The notes: generated by a model from the sequence alone, not told the origin. 64,000 bases of DNA from Candidatus Omnitrophota bacterium (GCA_043821705.1 JBDRCN010000035.1:43321-107320); one strand, 5' to 3'; shown: positions 28,691 through 38,623, counted from the stretch's first letter. Numbers and translations: made by a program.

Positions 28691-30056
28691 ACTGCATCTC
28701 CAACTCTCTGACGATCTCTTCCATCCTCATAGCGCGGGATCCTTTTACCAACACTGTATCTCCTTTCTTTATAAGCTCTGATACAGCTTCTGAAGCCTGC
28801 TTTGTAAGATTATAGAGCTTTATCTTTTTTTCGCTCATACCCGCTTCCTGAGCTCCTTTTGATATATGCTCAGCGAGTTTTCCTACTGCTACTATTAGGT
28901 CTACTCCTGATTCAGCTGCCTGTCTCCCTACTAGATGATGGAACCTTCCAGAGAACGTGCCTAATTCGAGCATATCTCCTGCTACTAATATCTTCCTTCC
29001 TTTAGTAGTCATATCTCTAAGCGCTTCTATGGCCTGCTTCATTGAAAGTGGATTAGAATTATAAGAGTCGTTTATGATCTTTATGTTAGCCAGATTTTTG
29101 ACCTCCATTCTCATATTCGGCACTCTAAACTCTCTAAGTGCTTCTTTTATATCATCAATAGTCACGCCATAATTCCAGGTAGCAGCTATTGCAGCAAGCG
29201 CATTATATACATTGTGGCGTCCTACAACACTTAGATTTATCTCATCTTTACCATTTAATCTGAAGTTTATACCATCAGCTTCTATATTTACCTTGTCTGC
29301 ATAAAAATCAAATTCTTTATCCAAGCCAAACTTTATTACCTTTAATTTAGTCTTGAGTTTTTTCAAGAGCTCATCATCCCCATTCAATATCACCTTAGAA
29401 TCCTTTGGCATATAATCCAATATCTCACATTTTGCCTTAAGCACTGTAGAAAGGTCATTAAGATATTCTAAGTGCGATGGTCCGATATTAGTTATAAGTG
29501 CCACTGTAGGATTAGCTATCTCTGAAAGTCTTCCTATCTCCCCTAGATGATTTGTTCCCATCTCCAGCACTGCAAATTTATGATTAGAATTGAGGCGCAT
29601 AAGAGTAATAGGTACCCCTATGTGGTTATTCTCTGTGCCATAATTTTTAAGTGTGCTGAATTTTTTATTGAGAATTGCTGCTATCATCTCTTTAGTGGTG
29701 GTCTTGCCATTAGAGCCAGTGATACCAATAAGAGGGATATTAAATCTCTTCCTATGGAAGCATGCTATATCTCCCAGTGCCTTCATGGTGTCTCTGGCAC
29801 ACATAAAAGACACATCAGTGCCTTTAAAATTAGACTTTACGACACAGCCTTCCTGTACTAGTACACCTCCAGCACCTTTACTGACCGCATCTAATATAAA
29901 ATTGTGGCCATTGAACCTCTCACCTTTTAATGCCACGAACAAGTCTCCGTTTTTAATGCGGCGGGTATCTGTCGAGACACCAGTCAACATGGTGTTCTCA
30001 TTGCCAGAAAGCAAGACACCTTCAGTTGAAACCAATACATCATTTACTGTGAACAT
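28680..30056 (-). CDS. murF: UDP-N-acetylmuramoyl-tripeptide--D-alanyl-D-alanine ligase
   Basis: 458 aa. Mur-ligase P-loop GITGSNGKTTTK, in dcw context. Confidence 0.9.
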   Translation of the reverse strand: MFTVNDVLVSTEGVLLSGNENTMLTGVSTDTRRIKNGDLFVALKGERFNGHNFILDAVSKGAGGVLVQEGCVVKSNFKGTDVSFMCARDTMKALGDIACFHRKRFNIPLIGITGSNGKTTTKEMIAAILNKKFSTLKNYGTENNHIGVPITLMRLNSNHKFAVLEMGTNHLGEIGRLSEIANPTVALITNIGPSHLEYLNDLSTVLKAKCEILDYMPKDSKVILNGDDELLKKLKTKLKVIKFGLDKEFDFYADKVNIEADGINFRLNGKDEINLSVVGRHNVYNALAAIAATWNYGVTIDDIKEALREFRVPNMRMEVKNLANIKIINDSYNSNPLSMKQAIEALRDMTTKGRKILVAGDMLELGTFSGRFHHLVGRQAAESGVDLIVAVGKLAEHISKGAQEAGMSEKKIKLYNLTKQASEAVSELIKKGDTVLVKGSRAMRMEEIVRELEMQFKT

Positions 30057-31528
30057 AAATTCCTCCTTACTGTTTCCCTATCATCAAAGGGAAGAGTATT
30101 ATTTTTAAAGACCTGGTATGTTTCATGCCCTTTGCCAGCTACTAAGACGATATCGCCTTTTTTAGCTTCTTCCAGCGCTATGCTTATAGCATTGGCCCTA
30201 TCTATCTCAACTATATAATTATTTTTATTGTTTTTTATGCCTTTTATGATCTCTCTGATGATCTCCATAGGTTCTTCGCTTCTAGGATTATCACTTGTCA
30301 AGATCACTTTATCAGAAAGCTCTGATGATACCTTGCCCATATTAGGCCTTTTATGCTTGTCCCTGTCACCTCCGCACCCAAAAATAGTTATGAGCCTCTT
30401 TGGATTTAATTCCCTCAGTGACTCTAGCACATTCTGCAGTCCATTTTCTGTATGAGCATAATCTACGAATACCAAAAAATCCTGTCCGCAATCTATCCTC
30501 TCAAGCCTTCCAGGAAGGGTTTCGAGGGCCTCGATACCTTTTTTTATCTCTTCCAAGCTCGTCTCTAAGGCTATGCCGCATGCAAAACTTGCCAGGATAT
30601 TATATACATTATGACGGCCTATTAACTTTGAGATGATCTTGGTAGTCTCTTTATCTGTATGGACTGTGAACTCCAGGCCATTAAAAGAAGTATTCAGGTT
30701 AGAAGCATATACATCCTTACCTTTATCTATGCCATAAGTAATGATCTTAATGCCAGTATCTGAACTTAGATCATCTACGATCCTTCGGCCATATTCATCG
30801 TCTAGGTTGATAACAGCCTTACCGCCTGTCTTTAGTTTCTTGAAAAGCTTTAGCTTTGACCTGAAATAATCCTCCATATCCTTATGATAATCCAGATGCT
30901 CCCTTGTAAGATTTGTAAATATTGCTACATCAAAAAATATACCATCCAGCCTGCCCTGAGCCAGAGAATGGCTAGATGCTTCCAGTACTGCATTAGTTAT
31001 ATCCTGCTTCTTCATGCTGCTTAATAAATAATACATGTCTAATATCCCTGGAGTGGTGTTAAATGCTGGTATGAGACGGTCCCCAAATCTATAATTAACA
31101 GTACCTATTACACCTATCTCTTTAGAATTAGACTTAAATAAACTCTCCACTAGATATGTAATGGTTGTCTTTCCATTAGTACCGCTCACTCCGATAAGGT
31201 CCATGCTTTTAGAGACATCCCCGTAAAACACCTTACATAACTGAGGCAGGACATTCTTTATTGACCTTACATATAAAAACGTCTTTCCTTTTCGGGGAGC
31301 TATGATCTTGTCCTTTGAAGATTCCAATATCACTGCGCTCACGCCTCTATCAATAGCCTCATCAATGAAATCCCTTCCATCAAATCTATTTCCCTTTAAA
31401 GCAATAAAGATATGACCTTCTTTAACTGTCTTTGAATCGCACGTTATGCCTGTTATATCCAAAGAAAGTTTTCCTTCTATGCTGTCGATATCATTATCTA
31501 TATTTCTTGCGATCATATTCAATCTCAT
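30044..31528 (-). CDS. murE: UDP-N-acetylmuramoyl-L-alanyl-D-glutamate--2,6-diaminopimelate (or L-lysine) ligase
   Basis: 494 aa. GVSGTNGKTT P-loop and MurE domain order. Confidence 0.9.
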   Translation of the reverse strand: MRLNMIARNIDNDIDSIEGKLSLDITGITCDSKTVKEGHIFIALKGNRFDGRDFIDEAIDRGVSAVILESSKDKIIAPRKGKTFLYVRSIKNVLPQLCKVFYGDVSKSMDLIGVSGTNGKTTITYLVESLFKSNSKEIGVIGTVNYRFGDRLIPAFNTTPGILDMYYLLSSMKKQDITNAVLEASSHSLAQGRLDGIFFDVAIFTNLTREHLDYHKDMEDYFRSKLKLFKKLKTGGKAVINLDDEYGRRIVDDLSSDTGIKIITYGIDKGKDVYASNLNTSFNGLEFTVHTDKETTKIISKLIGRHNVYNILASFACGIALETSLEEIKKGIEALETLPGRLERIDCGQDFLVFVDYAHTENGLQNVLESLRELNPKRLITIFGCGGDRDKHKRPNMGKVSSELSDKVILTSDNPRSEEPMEIIREIIKGIKNNKNNYIVEIDRANAISIALEEAKKGDIVLVAGKGHETYQVFKNNTLPFDDRETVRRNLCSQ

Positions 31529-33216
31529 GTCTCTATCCCTACTTGTTTTTCTATCTTATAGTAACGCATTAATTCTTCTGCTACATTCTTGAATACTGGA
31601 GCGCAGACCGTGCCTCCATAATACTGAGGCCTGGGCTCATCCAATATCACCACTGTTACGAACTTAGGGTCATCATAAGGCAATAGACCTATGAAAGAAG
31701 CTGTGTATTTACTATGAGAATAGGTACCGTTCGGTTCTATCTTCTGCGCTGTGCCAGTCTTGCCTGCTGGAAAATATCCTTCGATCTCAGCTTTTTTAGC
31801 AGTGCCTTCTTCGACTACTCCGCGCAATATTCTCCTTAGCTTCATAGCGGATTCTTCTGACATGACCCTATGCCTCTTTTCTACCTCAAATCTCTCCAAT
31901 ACATTGCCGCTTTTATCCTGGATCCTGTCGATTATCCTAGGCCTTACATAACATCCACCATTCGCTACGCTGGACAATGCGCATGCAAGTTGCATTGCTG
32001 TTACAGTGATCTCCTGCCCCATTGAGATGCTGCATAAGGACAGCTTAGACCATTGATCAGGGCTCCTTGAGATACCTTCTACTTCACCTGGTAAGTCAAT
32101 ATCCGTCTTCTTGCCAAAACCAAATCTCTTAATATACCTATATAATCTAGTCTCTCCTAACTTTAACGCGACCTTCATAGTTCCAATATTTGAAGAATAT
32201 TTTATAATATCCTTAAAAGCTAACCAACCGTGTGGTTTAGTGTCATGATAGGTATGCTTGGTCCATTTGAATTCTCCGTTTTCACAAAATATCTCATCAT
32301 CAAGGCCGATCATATTCTCTTCTATTGCTGCAGAAGCTGTAACTATCTTAAAACTTGACCCAGGTTCAAAAAAATCACTTATTGCTCTATTTCTCCTGTT
32401 CTCAACAGGATATCCATTTACATTATTAAGGTCATAAGTAGGCCTATTAGCAAGTGCGATCACATCTCCTGTATAAGGATCCATAACGATCACTGAACCG
32501 CCATCTGCATTATATTTTGTAACTGCTTTATCTAATTCACGTTCTGCTACAGACTGTATCATGCTGTCAATAGTAAGTACTATATCATTGCCATCAGCAG
32601 GAGGGATCTCCTTGTATTCATAACCATGCACTTCTCTTCTTTTAGCATCCCTTATTGTATATATCCACCCTATAGTCCCTTTTAGATGCTTATCAAACTT
32701 AAGCTCCAGCCCCTCGAGTCCCTCATTATCAAGGCCTACAAATCCTATCACATGGCTTAGAAGCATACCATGTGGATAAGCTCTATTTGACTCCTTTATA
32801 AAACCTACACCTTTAATATTAAGGCGTCTCAGGGCCCTTTCGATCTCAGGCTCTACTTTTCTAGTGAGCCAGATAAAGCGTTTTTTCTGATCCAGTTTCT
32901 CTAATATATCTTTTTCTTCCAACCCCAGCACTCCAGCTATATCCCTGGCTGCTTTATCCTTATCCTCCACTATAAAAGGATCCAGGAATACAGAGCTAAG
33001 GTTTATAGATACAGCTAGTTTTCTAAGGTTAGAATCATATATAATGCCTCTTCTTGGGAGTATTGAAGCAAATGTCTTATATTGATCCGAAGCAAGCTTG
33101 GATAAGGCATTAGCTGATCCTAATTGTACAGATAAAAGTCTTACAGAAAGAAGTGCGAAAAATATTAATAAAGTGTATAGTACTTTTCTTGTTCGAGGGG
33201 TGACTACTCTGTGCAC
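31525..33216 (-). CDS. ftsI: peptidoglycan D,D-transpeptidase (class B PBP, FtsI)
   Basis: 563 aa. N-terminal TM helix, PBP dimerisation domain, and a transpeptidase domain with SSFK (SxxK), SSN and KTGT motifs. Confidence 0.85.
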   Translation of the reverse strand: MHRVVTPRTRKVLYTLLIFFALLSVRLLSVQLGSANALSKLASDQYKTFASILPRRGIIYDSNLRKLAVSINLSSVFLDPFIVEDKDKAARDIAGVLGLEEKDILEKLDQKKRFIWLTRKVEPEIERALRRLNIKGVGFIKESNRAYPHGMLLSHVIGFVGLDNEGLEGLELKFDKHLKGTIGWIYTIRDAKRREVHGYEYKEIPPADGNDIVLTIDSMIQSVAERELDKAVTKYNADGGSVIVMDPYTGDVIALANRPTYDLNNVNGYPVENRRNRAISDFFEPGSSFKIVTASAAIEENMIGLDDEIFCENGEFKWTKHTYHDTKPHGWLAFKDIIKYSSNIGTMKVALKLGETRLYRYIKRFGFGKKTDIDLPGEVEGISRSPDQWSKLSLCSISMGQEITVTAMQLACALSSVANGGCYVRPRIIDRIQDKSGNVLERFEVEKRHRVMSEESAMKLRRILRGVVEEGTAKKAEIEGYFPAGKTGTAQKIEPNGTYSHSKYTASFIGLLPYDDPKFVTVVILDEPRPQYYGGTVCAPVFKNVAEELMRYYKIEKQVGIET

Positions 33217-33280
33217 AACAAGTTCCTCAATTTTTAATTATATATAGTATATTACGAGGTAGATTAATTATAAAATTATA

Positions 33281-33664
33281 TTAAAAACTATTAATGTTCG
33301 GGCTGGCCTCTGCTTCCCGACCTAAACTTAACAGATTGGCAAAGAGACCTCTTTTTACTGCAATCGTCCTAGCAAACTTCTCTGGGGAATCCTTCAGTCT
33401 GACTACCTGCCACTTGTGGGGCATATTCATTTCCACCTTTTTGGCTAAAAGTTTTGCCTCGAGGTTAACAGGTGATTTCAAATTAAGAACATTATATACT
33501 AAAATCCTATTCTGGTCAACAAGCTTTGAGTATATATTAGCATTCTCTTTTACTTTTAAACCCATCTGGTAGACAAGGACCTGCTGATTGACATACATGA
33601 TAGCAACTATTGTTAAAAGAACGATCAGGATCATTATATTATGTATTTTTAATATAGATCTCAT
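33281..33664 (-). CDS. ftsL: cell division protein FtsL-like
   Basis: 127 aa. Single TM helix plus coiled-coil, located between rsmH and ftsI. Confidence 0.55.
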   Translation of the reverse strand: MRSILKIHNIMILIVLLTIVAIMYVNQQVLVYQMGLKVKENANIYSKLVDQNRILVYNVLNLKSPVNLEAKLLAKKVEMNMPHKWQVVRLKDSPEKFARTIAVKRGLFANLLSLGREAEASPNINSF

Positions 33665-34560
33665 GCTATCCTTTCTGCCACTCTAAGCTTAGCACTTCTG
33701 GCCCTGGGATTCCTTTTCAATTCTTCTTCTCCTGGTGTAATAGGTTTTTTTACGACATTGCGAAAAATTCCTGAAGACTTGAACTCTTTAAAGATAGTCT
33801 TGGCTATTCTATCTTCCAAAGAGTGAAAAGATATTACGCTTACTCTGCCTCCTTTCTTTAGTATGTGCGGTGTGTATCTAAGTGCTGTTTCTATAGAACT
33901 AAGTTCATTGTTTACCTTGATCCGGATCGCCTGAAATACCCTGGTTGCTGGATGTATGCGCTCTCTTTTATTCTTGAAAGGCATGCTTCGTAAGACAATG
34001 TCAGCTAACTGTGCTGTCTCAGTTATCCTTTTCTTGCTTCTATAGTAAACGATCGACTTTGCTATCCTTCTATAGAAACGCTCTTCTCCTAAATCCTTAA
34101 AGATCTTTCCTAATTCTAATTCTGAAAACCCATTTACGATCTCTTCTGCATTAAGGCGTTGGTCTTTATCCATACGCATATCTAACGGACCATTATGTTT
34201 TATACTGAATCCTCTAGCCTCACTTTCCATCTGTAGGCTAGATATCCCGAGATCAAATAAGATCCCGTCCACTTCCCCTAACTTCAATCTATCGACAACT
34301 TCCTTAAGGTTCCTAAAATCTTCTTTTATTAATTCAAATGAGCCTTTATACTCGGCAAGCCTGTTTCTAGCTATCTCTAATGCTTCTTTATCCCTATCGA
34401 TTCCTATGAGCCTACCTTTGGGGTGAATGATCCTTAATATCTCTTCTGAATGACCTGCTGCTCCGACTGTGGCATCAATTACTGTCTTCCCTGGTGAAAG
34501 ATTTAAAAGATCAATGCTCTCTCTAAGTAAAACGCTCTTATGCAAAAAGCTTTCTTCCAT
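33661..34560 (-). CDS. rsmH: 16S rRNA (cytosine1402-N4)-methyltransferase
   Basis: 299 aa. MraW family; SAM-binding GAAGHSEEIL, and DLGISS. Confidence 0.9.
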   Translation of the reverse strand: MEESFLHKSVLLRESIDLLNLSPGKTVIDATVGAAGHSEEILRIIHPKGRLIGIDRDKEALEIARNRLAEYKGSFELIKEDFRNLKEVVDRLKLGEVDGILFDLGISSLQMESEARGFSIKHNGPLDMRMDKDQRLNAEEIVNGFSELELGKIFKDLGEERFYRRIAKSIVYYRSKKRITETAQLADIVLRSMPFKNKRERIHPATRVFQAIRIKVNNELSSIETALRYTPHILKKGGRVSVISFHSLEDRIAKTIFKEFKSSGIFRNVVKKPITPGEEELKRNPRARSAKLRVAERIA

Positions 34561-34732
34561 TAGAACTCTTTAATATCTTGTATATTTCCCTGCTTACATG
34601 GCAACACGTATTGTCTACATTAAGCTTCCTCGTCTTCCTTATACATTCTATTGGAATACTGTCAAATACTCCGGGCTCCAATCTTCTCTGTCTTGAAAAA
34701 CTATTGTTACGAGAATGCATGATACCTCCTTG

Positions 34733-35173
34733 TTATCCCAGATCTATTAATTTTTCAGCTATCTCTTCGAAATTTTCCTTTGATGTTGAATAATATTCTA
34801 ACCACTTCTCTTTTGACCATATCTCTATCCTGTTTGATACCCCGATGATGAACACGTTCTTTTTTATATCAGCATATTCTTTTAAATAATTCGGTAAAAG
34901 TATCCTCCCTTGTTTGTCAGGTACCAAGTCACACGCGCCTGAAAAATACAACCTATTGAACCGCCTGTATTCTGACTTTGTGAATGACATTGCCTTGAAT
35001 TTCTGCTCCTGAAGTTTCCACTCATCTTCAGCAAACATAAATAAACATTTATCCAGGCCTCTTGTGAGAAAGAACCTTTCTATATAATGATCTTTCAATG
35101 CATCCCTGAACTTAGAAGGAATTATCAGTCTTCCTTTTCTATCCAGTGTATGATCAAATTCTCCGTAAAACAT
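34733..35173 (-). CDS. mraZ: transcriptional regulator MraZ
   Basis: 146 aa. Two MraZ/SpoVT-AbrB repeats (DHTLDRKGRLIIP...; PDKQGRILLP). Confidence 0.9.
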   Translation of the reverse strand: MFYGEFDHTLDRKGRLIIPSKFRDALKDHYIERFFLTRGLDKCLFMFAEDEWKLQEQKFKAMSFTKSEYRRFNRLYFSGACDLVPDKQGRILLPNYLKEYADIKKNVFIIGVSNRIEIWSKEKWLEYYSTSKENFEEIAEKLIDLG

Positions 35174-35181
35174 CTATTCCT

Positions 35182-35246
35182 CCACTTTACTCCACTTCTC
35201 ACCACTCTGTAGTTTAAAGTTTACACGAATAGAAAAACCCTGTCAA
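35182..35246 (-). promoter_or_regulatory. Pmra: sigma70-like promoter with three MraZ-box direct repeats
   Basis: On the minus strand: TTGACA (35246..35241), a 17-nt spacer, TAAACT (35223..35218). Then AGTGGtgagaAGTGGagtaaAGTGGagg: three AGTGG repeats on an exact 10-bp pitch (plus-strand ccact at 35182, 35192 and 35202), ending 8 nt before the mraZ ATG. Confidence 0.65.
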
Positions 35247-35306
35247 GATAAAATTCAATCTTTTTTAACTTATACTATATGATGGGGTTACATCAAGGCC
35301 TGTATG

Positions 35307-36227
35307 CTAAATATAGGGGGTTTGTTTGGCGTGCGATATATCTTTTTTTATCTGTGTTTTCAATGCTTCAGCATTTTTAAATCTTAATTCATTTCTTAAT
35401 TTTTTTATGAACATTATTTCTACGTCTTTACCATATACATTTTTTTTAAAATCTAATATATGTAATTCTATTGTAGGTTCAATATCCTTCATAAATGTCG
35501 GCCTAGTACCTATATTTAGAACTCCTCTATAAAGTGATTTATTCAACAGGACATCTACGGCATACACCCCGCTCGGAGGAATGGATTCATGGTGCGGATT
35601 TATATTTGCAGTCGGAAAACCTAAGTCCCTTCCTACTCTTCTTCCTTTAACGACTGTACCAAAAACTGTGACCTTCCTTCCAAGGAGGATCTCAGCGTCT
35701 TTAAGTGTTCCTTTTTCTATTAGCTTGCGTATTCTTGTGCTGGAAACATATCTTTTATTTTTCTTAACATCGTCTATGCCATAGACGATGAATGAACAGG
35801 ATTTGCCTATTTTTTTTAGTAGCGAAAAATCTCCTTTCTTTTTATTGCCGAATAAAAAATCTTTTCCTACTACCATCCCTTTTAGATTAAAATGTTTTAG
35901 TAAAATATGTTCTATAAATTGCACAGCATCCATCCTGGCAAGGCCCTTAGTAAACTTTAAGGCTAGAAAATAATCTATCCCTATCTTTTCTATGATATTT
36001 TTTTTATGTTCTATAGATGTTAGGAAAGGTATTGTTATATCAGGATCGAGGACTTTTCTGGGATGAGGATAGAATGTTATGACCAGGCTCTTCGCATCAA
36101 GCTCTTTTGTAACCTTGACTAGTTTTTTTAAGATCTTCTGATGGCCTAGATGCACTCCGTCAAAAATTCCTATAGAGACACAGACCTTTTTTGATCTAGA
36201 TATGTCGGATATCTTCTTTATTAACAT
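35307..36227 (-). CDS. ribF: bifunctional riboflavin kinase / FMN adenylyltransferase
   Basis: 306 aa. FAD-synthetase N-terminal region (GIFDGVHLGHQKIL) and a C-terminal riboflavin-kinase domain. Confidence 0.85.
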   Translation of the reverse strand: MLIKKISDISRSKKVCVSIGIFDGVHLGHQKILKKLVKVTKELDAKSLVITFYPHPRKVLDPDITIPFLTSIEHKKNIIEKIGIDYFLALKFTKGLARMDAVQFIEHILLKHFNLKGMVVGKDFLFGNKKKGDFSLLKKIGKSCSFIVYGIDDVKKNKRYVSSTRIRKLIEKGTLKDAEILLGRKVTVFGTVVKGRRVGRDLGFPTANINPHHESIPPSGVYAVDVLLNKSLYRGVLNIGTRPTFMKDIEPTIELHILDFKKNVYGKDVEIMFIKKLRNELRFKNAEALKTQIKKDISHAKQTPYI

Positions 36228-36852
36228 TGTCTAATATGAAAGCATCTTTTAGATTAAATCTCCCTGATCTTGTACGTCTTAAGCTGGACATATGAGCAGG
36301 ATAACCTAATCTTTTACCAATATCCTCGCATAAGGTCCTGATGTAAGTACCTTTTGAACAGACCACGCGAAAACTTATATCTGGTAATCTATGTTCTAAT
36401 ATCTCAATATCATGTATTACTATTTTCGAAGGACACCTAGCTACTACCTTGCCGCGCCTGGCAAGTTTATAAAGTTTAATACCTTTATGTTTTTTTGCAG
36501 ATGTCATAGGAGGTATCTGGAGGTATTCTCCTAAAAAACTATTGAATGTCTCTTCTATAATATCCTTATCTATATTATCTACTGGTTTCTCTTCTACTAT
36601 CTTGCCTGTAGAATCCTGCGTATCAGTAGACTTCCCTAAAGAAAGCGTAGCTATGTATTCTTTATCATCCTGTATCAGGGAGCTACAGAGCTTTGTAGCT
36701 TTTCCAATAAGAAGTACCAATACCCCTGTTGCCATAGGATCCAGCGTGCCTGCGTGGCCTACTTTCTTTACCTTGAACCTCTTCCTTATAACACTTACTA
36801 TTGTATGAGAAGTAAGGCCTTTGGGTTTATCTATCAGTAGTATTCCATCCAT
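36196..36852 (-). CDS. truB: tRNA pseudouridine(55) synthase
   Basis: 218 aa. GILLIDKPKGLTSH and the catalytic HAGTLDPMATGVL motif. Confidence 0.85.
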   Translation of the reverse strand: MDGILLIDKPKGLTSHTIVSVIRKRFKVKKVGHAGTLDPMATGVLVLLIGKATKLCSSLIQDDKEYIATLSLGKSTDTQDSTGKIVEEKPVDNIDKDIIEETFNSFLGEYLQIPPMTSAKKHKGIKLYKLARRGKVVARCPSKIVIHDIEILEHRLPDISFRVVCSKGTYIRTLCEDIGKRLGYPAHMSSLRRTRSGRFNLKDAFILDNVNKEDIRHI

Positions 36853-36859
36853 TGATTAT

Positions 36860-37154
36860 CCTTGCTAATCCTGGCAAGCGTAAAGAAACAACGCTTGTCT
36901 GCCCCAGCGTGGCAGACTTCGCTCGATGCTGCTTCTCGCTCGTCTTTCTGACTGAGGAGGCCTGAAAAAACCTCTTTATTTTGCGAAACAAAAGATCCTG
37001 CCTCACCTACATACTGCCTGTCAAAATAAAATGGAGTGAGGCCCCACATCTACAAATTTCTAACACTGGGCCGAACGATTTTTGAAGGCTCTCCTTAGGA
37101 AGAAAGACACCGTGCCCGCTCGAACCAGCAACGTTTTTCTTTACGCTTGCCAGG
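36860..37154. mobile_element. MITE-like element (~295 bp) with 19-bp perfect terminal inverted repeats
   Basis: Left TIR cctggcaagcgtaaagaaa (36860-36878) matches the reverse complement of right TIR tttctttacgcttgccagg (37136-37154). The interior is GC-rich and hairpin-dense (ctgccccagcgtggcag; gtgcccgctcgaac), with modules shared in inverted orientation with 58431-58587 and with 4577-4590. No ORF longer than a 71-aa shadow. Confidence 0.6.
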
Positions 37155-37168
37155 CTTAGCTATGAAAT

Positions 37169-38134
37169 TCATTTGTTAGTCATCTTAATAGCCTTATCGA
37201 TGACTTTCTTTTCTACAGCTTTTAATTTACCGAAGACAGTCGCGCCACTTGCTGTCTTATGGCCTCCACCCTGAAAACCTGATGCCAGTTTATTTACATC
37301 TACTTTACCTTTTGAACGAAAGCTCACCTTTACCCTGTCCTTTGTCCCAGTCTCCCTGAAGAATATTGCTACTTCTACGCCTTTCAATGACCTGGCAAAA
37401 TTTATTATTCCCTCAGTGCCTTCGAGAGAGGCCTTTGTCTTCTTTAGCATCTTCTTCGTGACCCAGAGCCATGCTATTTTTTTATTTTCCGAGACCTTAA
37501 GTGTCTTTAGGGCTTCTGCTAGAAGATCTGTATCTTCGACAGTGCTGGATTCATAGATATTCGTATATATCTCATATGGCTTGATGCCTTTTTCAATAAG
37601 TTTACTGATGGCCTTGTGTGTCTTTGAAGAAGTATTGCTATATTTGAAAGAACCCGTATCTGTCATAATAGCCACGTACATGGCTAGTGCTGCATCATGA
37701 TCTATTTTTACCTTGCAGGCTTCGAATAATCTGAATATCATTTCACCTACACTTGAAGATCCTGCATCTACCCAATTATATTTTCCAAAACCTTCATTAG
37801 AAACATGGTGATCAATATTGATAATGACCTTGTCCTTGGAGATATATTTAGCTACAGTCCCTATCCTTGAGAAATCAGGGCAATCCAGGACTAAAACAGC
37901 ATCAAAATCAAAGCCATCCGGGATCTCTTTTAATATCTCTTCTGAACCGCTTATAAATTGGAGCGTATTAGGAACATGGCTTTCATTTACTATCAATGCT
38001 TCTTTACCCATTTTACTGAGTAGCACCTTTAACGCGATCTGGCTTCCAATAGAATCGCCTTCAGGATTTATGTGAGCTGTTATAAGAAAACTACTAAATC
38101 TTTTTATCGCATTACTGATCGTTCTTTCGCTCAT
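37169..38134 (-). CDS. nrnA: DHH-family phosphoesterase (NrnA-like oligoribonuclease / pAp phosphatase)
   Basis: 321 aa. DHH motif (IDHHVSNEGFG), a DHHA1 C-terminal GGGH motif, and the rbfA-nrnA-truB neighbourhood. Confidence 0.75.
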   Translation of the reverse strand: MSERTISNAIKRFSSFLITAHINPEGDSIGSQIALKVLLSKMGKEALIVNESHVPNTLQFISGSEEILKEIPDGFDFDAVLVLDCPDFSRIGTVAKYISKDKVIINIDHHVSNEGFGKYNWVDAGSSSVGEMIFRLFEACKVKIDHDAALAMYVAIMTDTGSFKYSNTSSKTHKAISKLIEKGIKPYEIYTNIYESSTVEDTDLLAEALKTLKVSENKKIAWLWVTKKMLKKTKASLEGTEGIINFARSLKGVEVAIFFRETGTKDRVKVSFRSKGKVDVNKLASGFQGGGHKTASGATVFGKLKAVEKKVIDKAIKMTNK

Positions 38135-38468
38135 CTCTTATCCTTTCAAATGTCTTCTCTAGATCAATACTGTATTCTATTGATCTATCAAATATAAAAG
38201 TAAGTTCTGGTACGTATTTTAATTGTAACCTTTCCCCGATAAGCTTTCTTATGTATTTAGATGCGCTTTGTATTCCTTCTTCACACTCTTCCTTGTTAGC
38301 ATCTTCACCTATCATGCTAAAATAGACCTTTGCATGCCTGAGGTCTCCTGTCAGGTCGATCCTGGTTATTGTTACGAAACCTACGCGAGGATCTTTTAGA
38401 TCATCACGCAATATGATAGACAACTCCTTTTTTAATTCTCCCTTCACCCTCTCTGAACGTATGCCCAT
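38112..38468 (-). CDS. rbfA: ribosome-binding factor A
   Basis: RbfA KH-like domain (RVKGELKKELSIILRDDLKDPRVGFVTITRIDLTGDLRHAKVYFS). I place the start at the ATG at 38468, 8 nt downstream of an AAGGAG Shine-Dalgarno. The ORF track's longer 38579 start would translate the GC-rich repeat. Confidence 0.8.
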   Translation of the reverse strand: MGIRSERVKGELKKELSIILRDDLKDPRVGFVTITRIDLTGDLRHAKVYFSMIGEDANKEECEEGIQSASKYIRKLIGERLQLKYVPELTFIFDRSIEYSIDLEKTFERIRDERKNDQ

Positions 38469-38506
38469 GTTCTCTCTCCTTAAGTTAATTTCTAATCTAT
38501 TAATTA

Positions 38507-38623
38507 GGAGCGGGTCCCCTCCTACGCTAAAGCTTCGGAGGGCAGGCTGTCCGTGATTCACCCCGTAAGTGCTCGGCATTTGCCTGCGCGCTTACAGGGA
38601 CCCCAATCGCGGCCACCCGCTAC
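38507..38623. repeat. GC-rich ~100-nt hairpin repeat, copy A (with an extra internal stem-loop)
   Basis: ggagcgggtcc...ctgtccgtgattcaccccgtaagtgctcgg...cctgcgcgcttacagggaccccaatcgcggccacccgctac. It aligns with copies at 58149-58236 and 60453-60543. The inner helix shows compensatory changes (ccccgTaag/cttAcagg versus ccccgCaag/cttGcggg). Confidence 0.8.

Noticed and set aside
34538-34720. 60-aa ORF in the 172-bp rsmH-mraZ spacer
   Set aside because: It overlaps the rsmH start in another frame, has no motif and no convincing RBS. The spacer is more likely a regulatory or internal-promoter region.
36834-37049. 71-aa ORF inside the MITE-like element
   Set aside because: It lies entirely within a hairpin-rich repeat bounded by TIRs. 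Its composition reflects the GC-rich stems and it is not credible coding sequence.
38469-38579. Longer RbfA N-terminus (start at 38579) given in the ORF track
   Set aside because: The extra 37 codons are the translation of GC-rich repeat copy A. A strong AAGGAG-N8-ATG at 38468 gives a standard-length RbfA.
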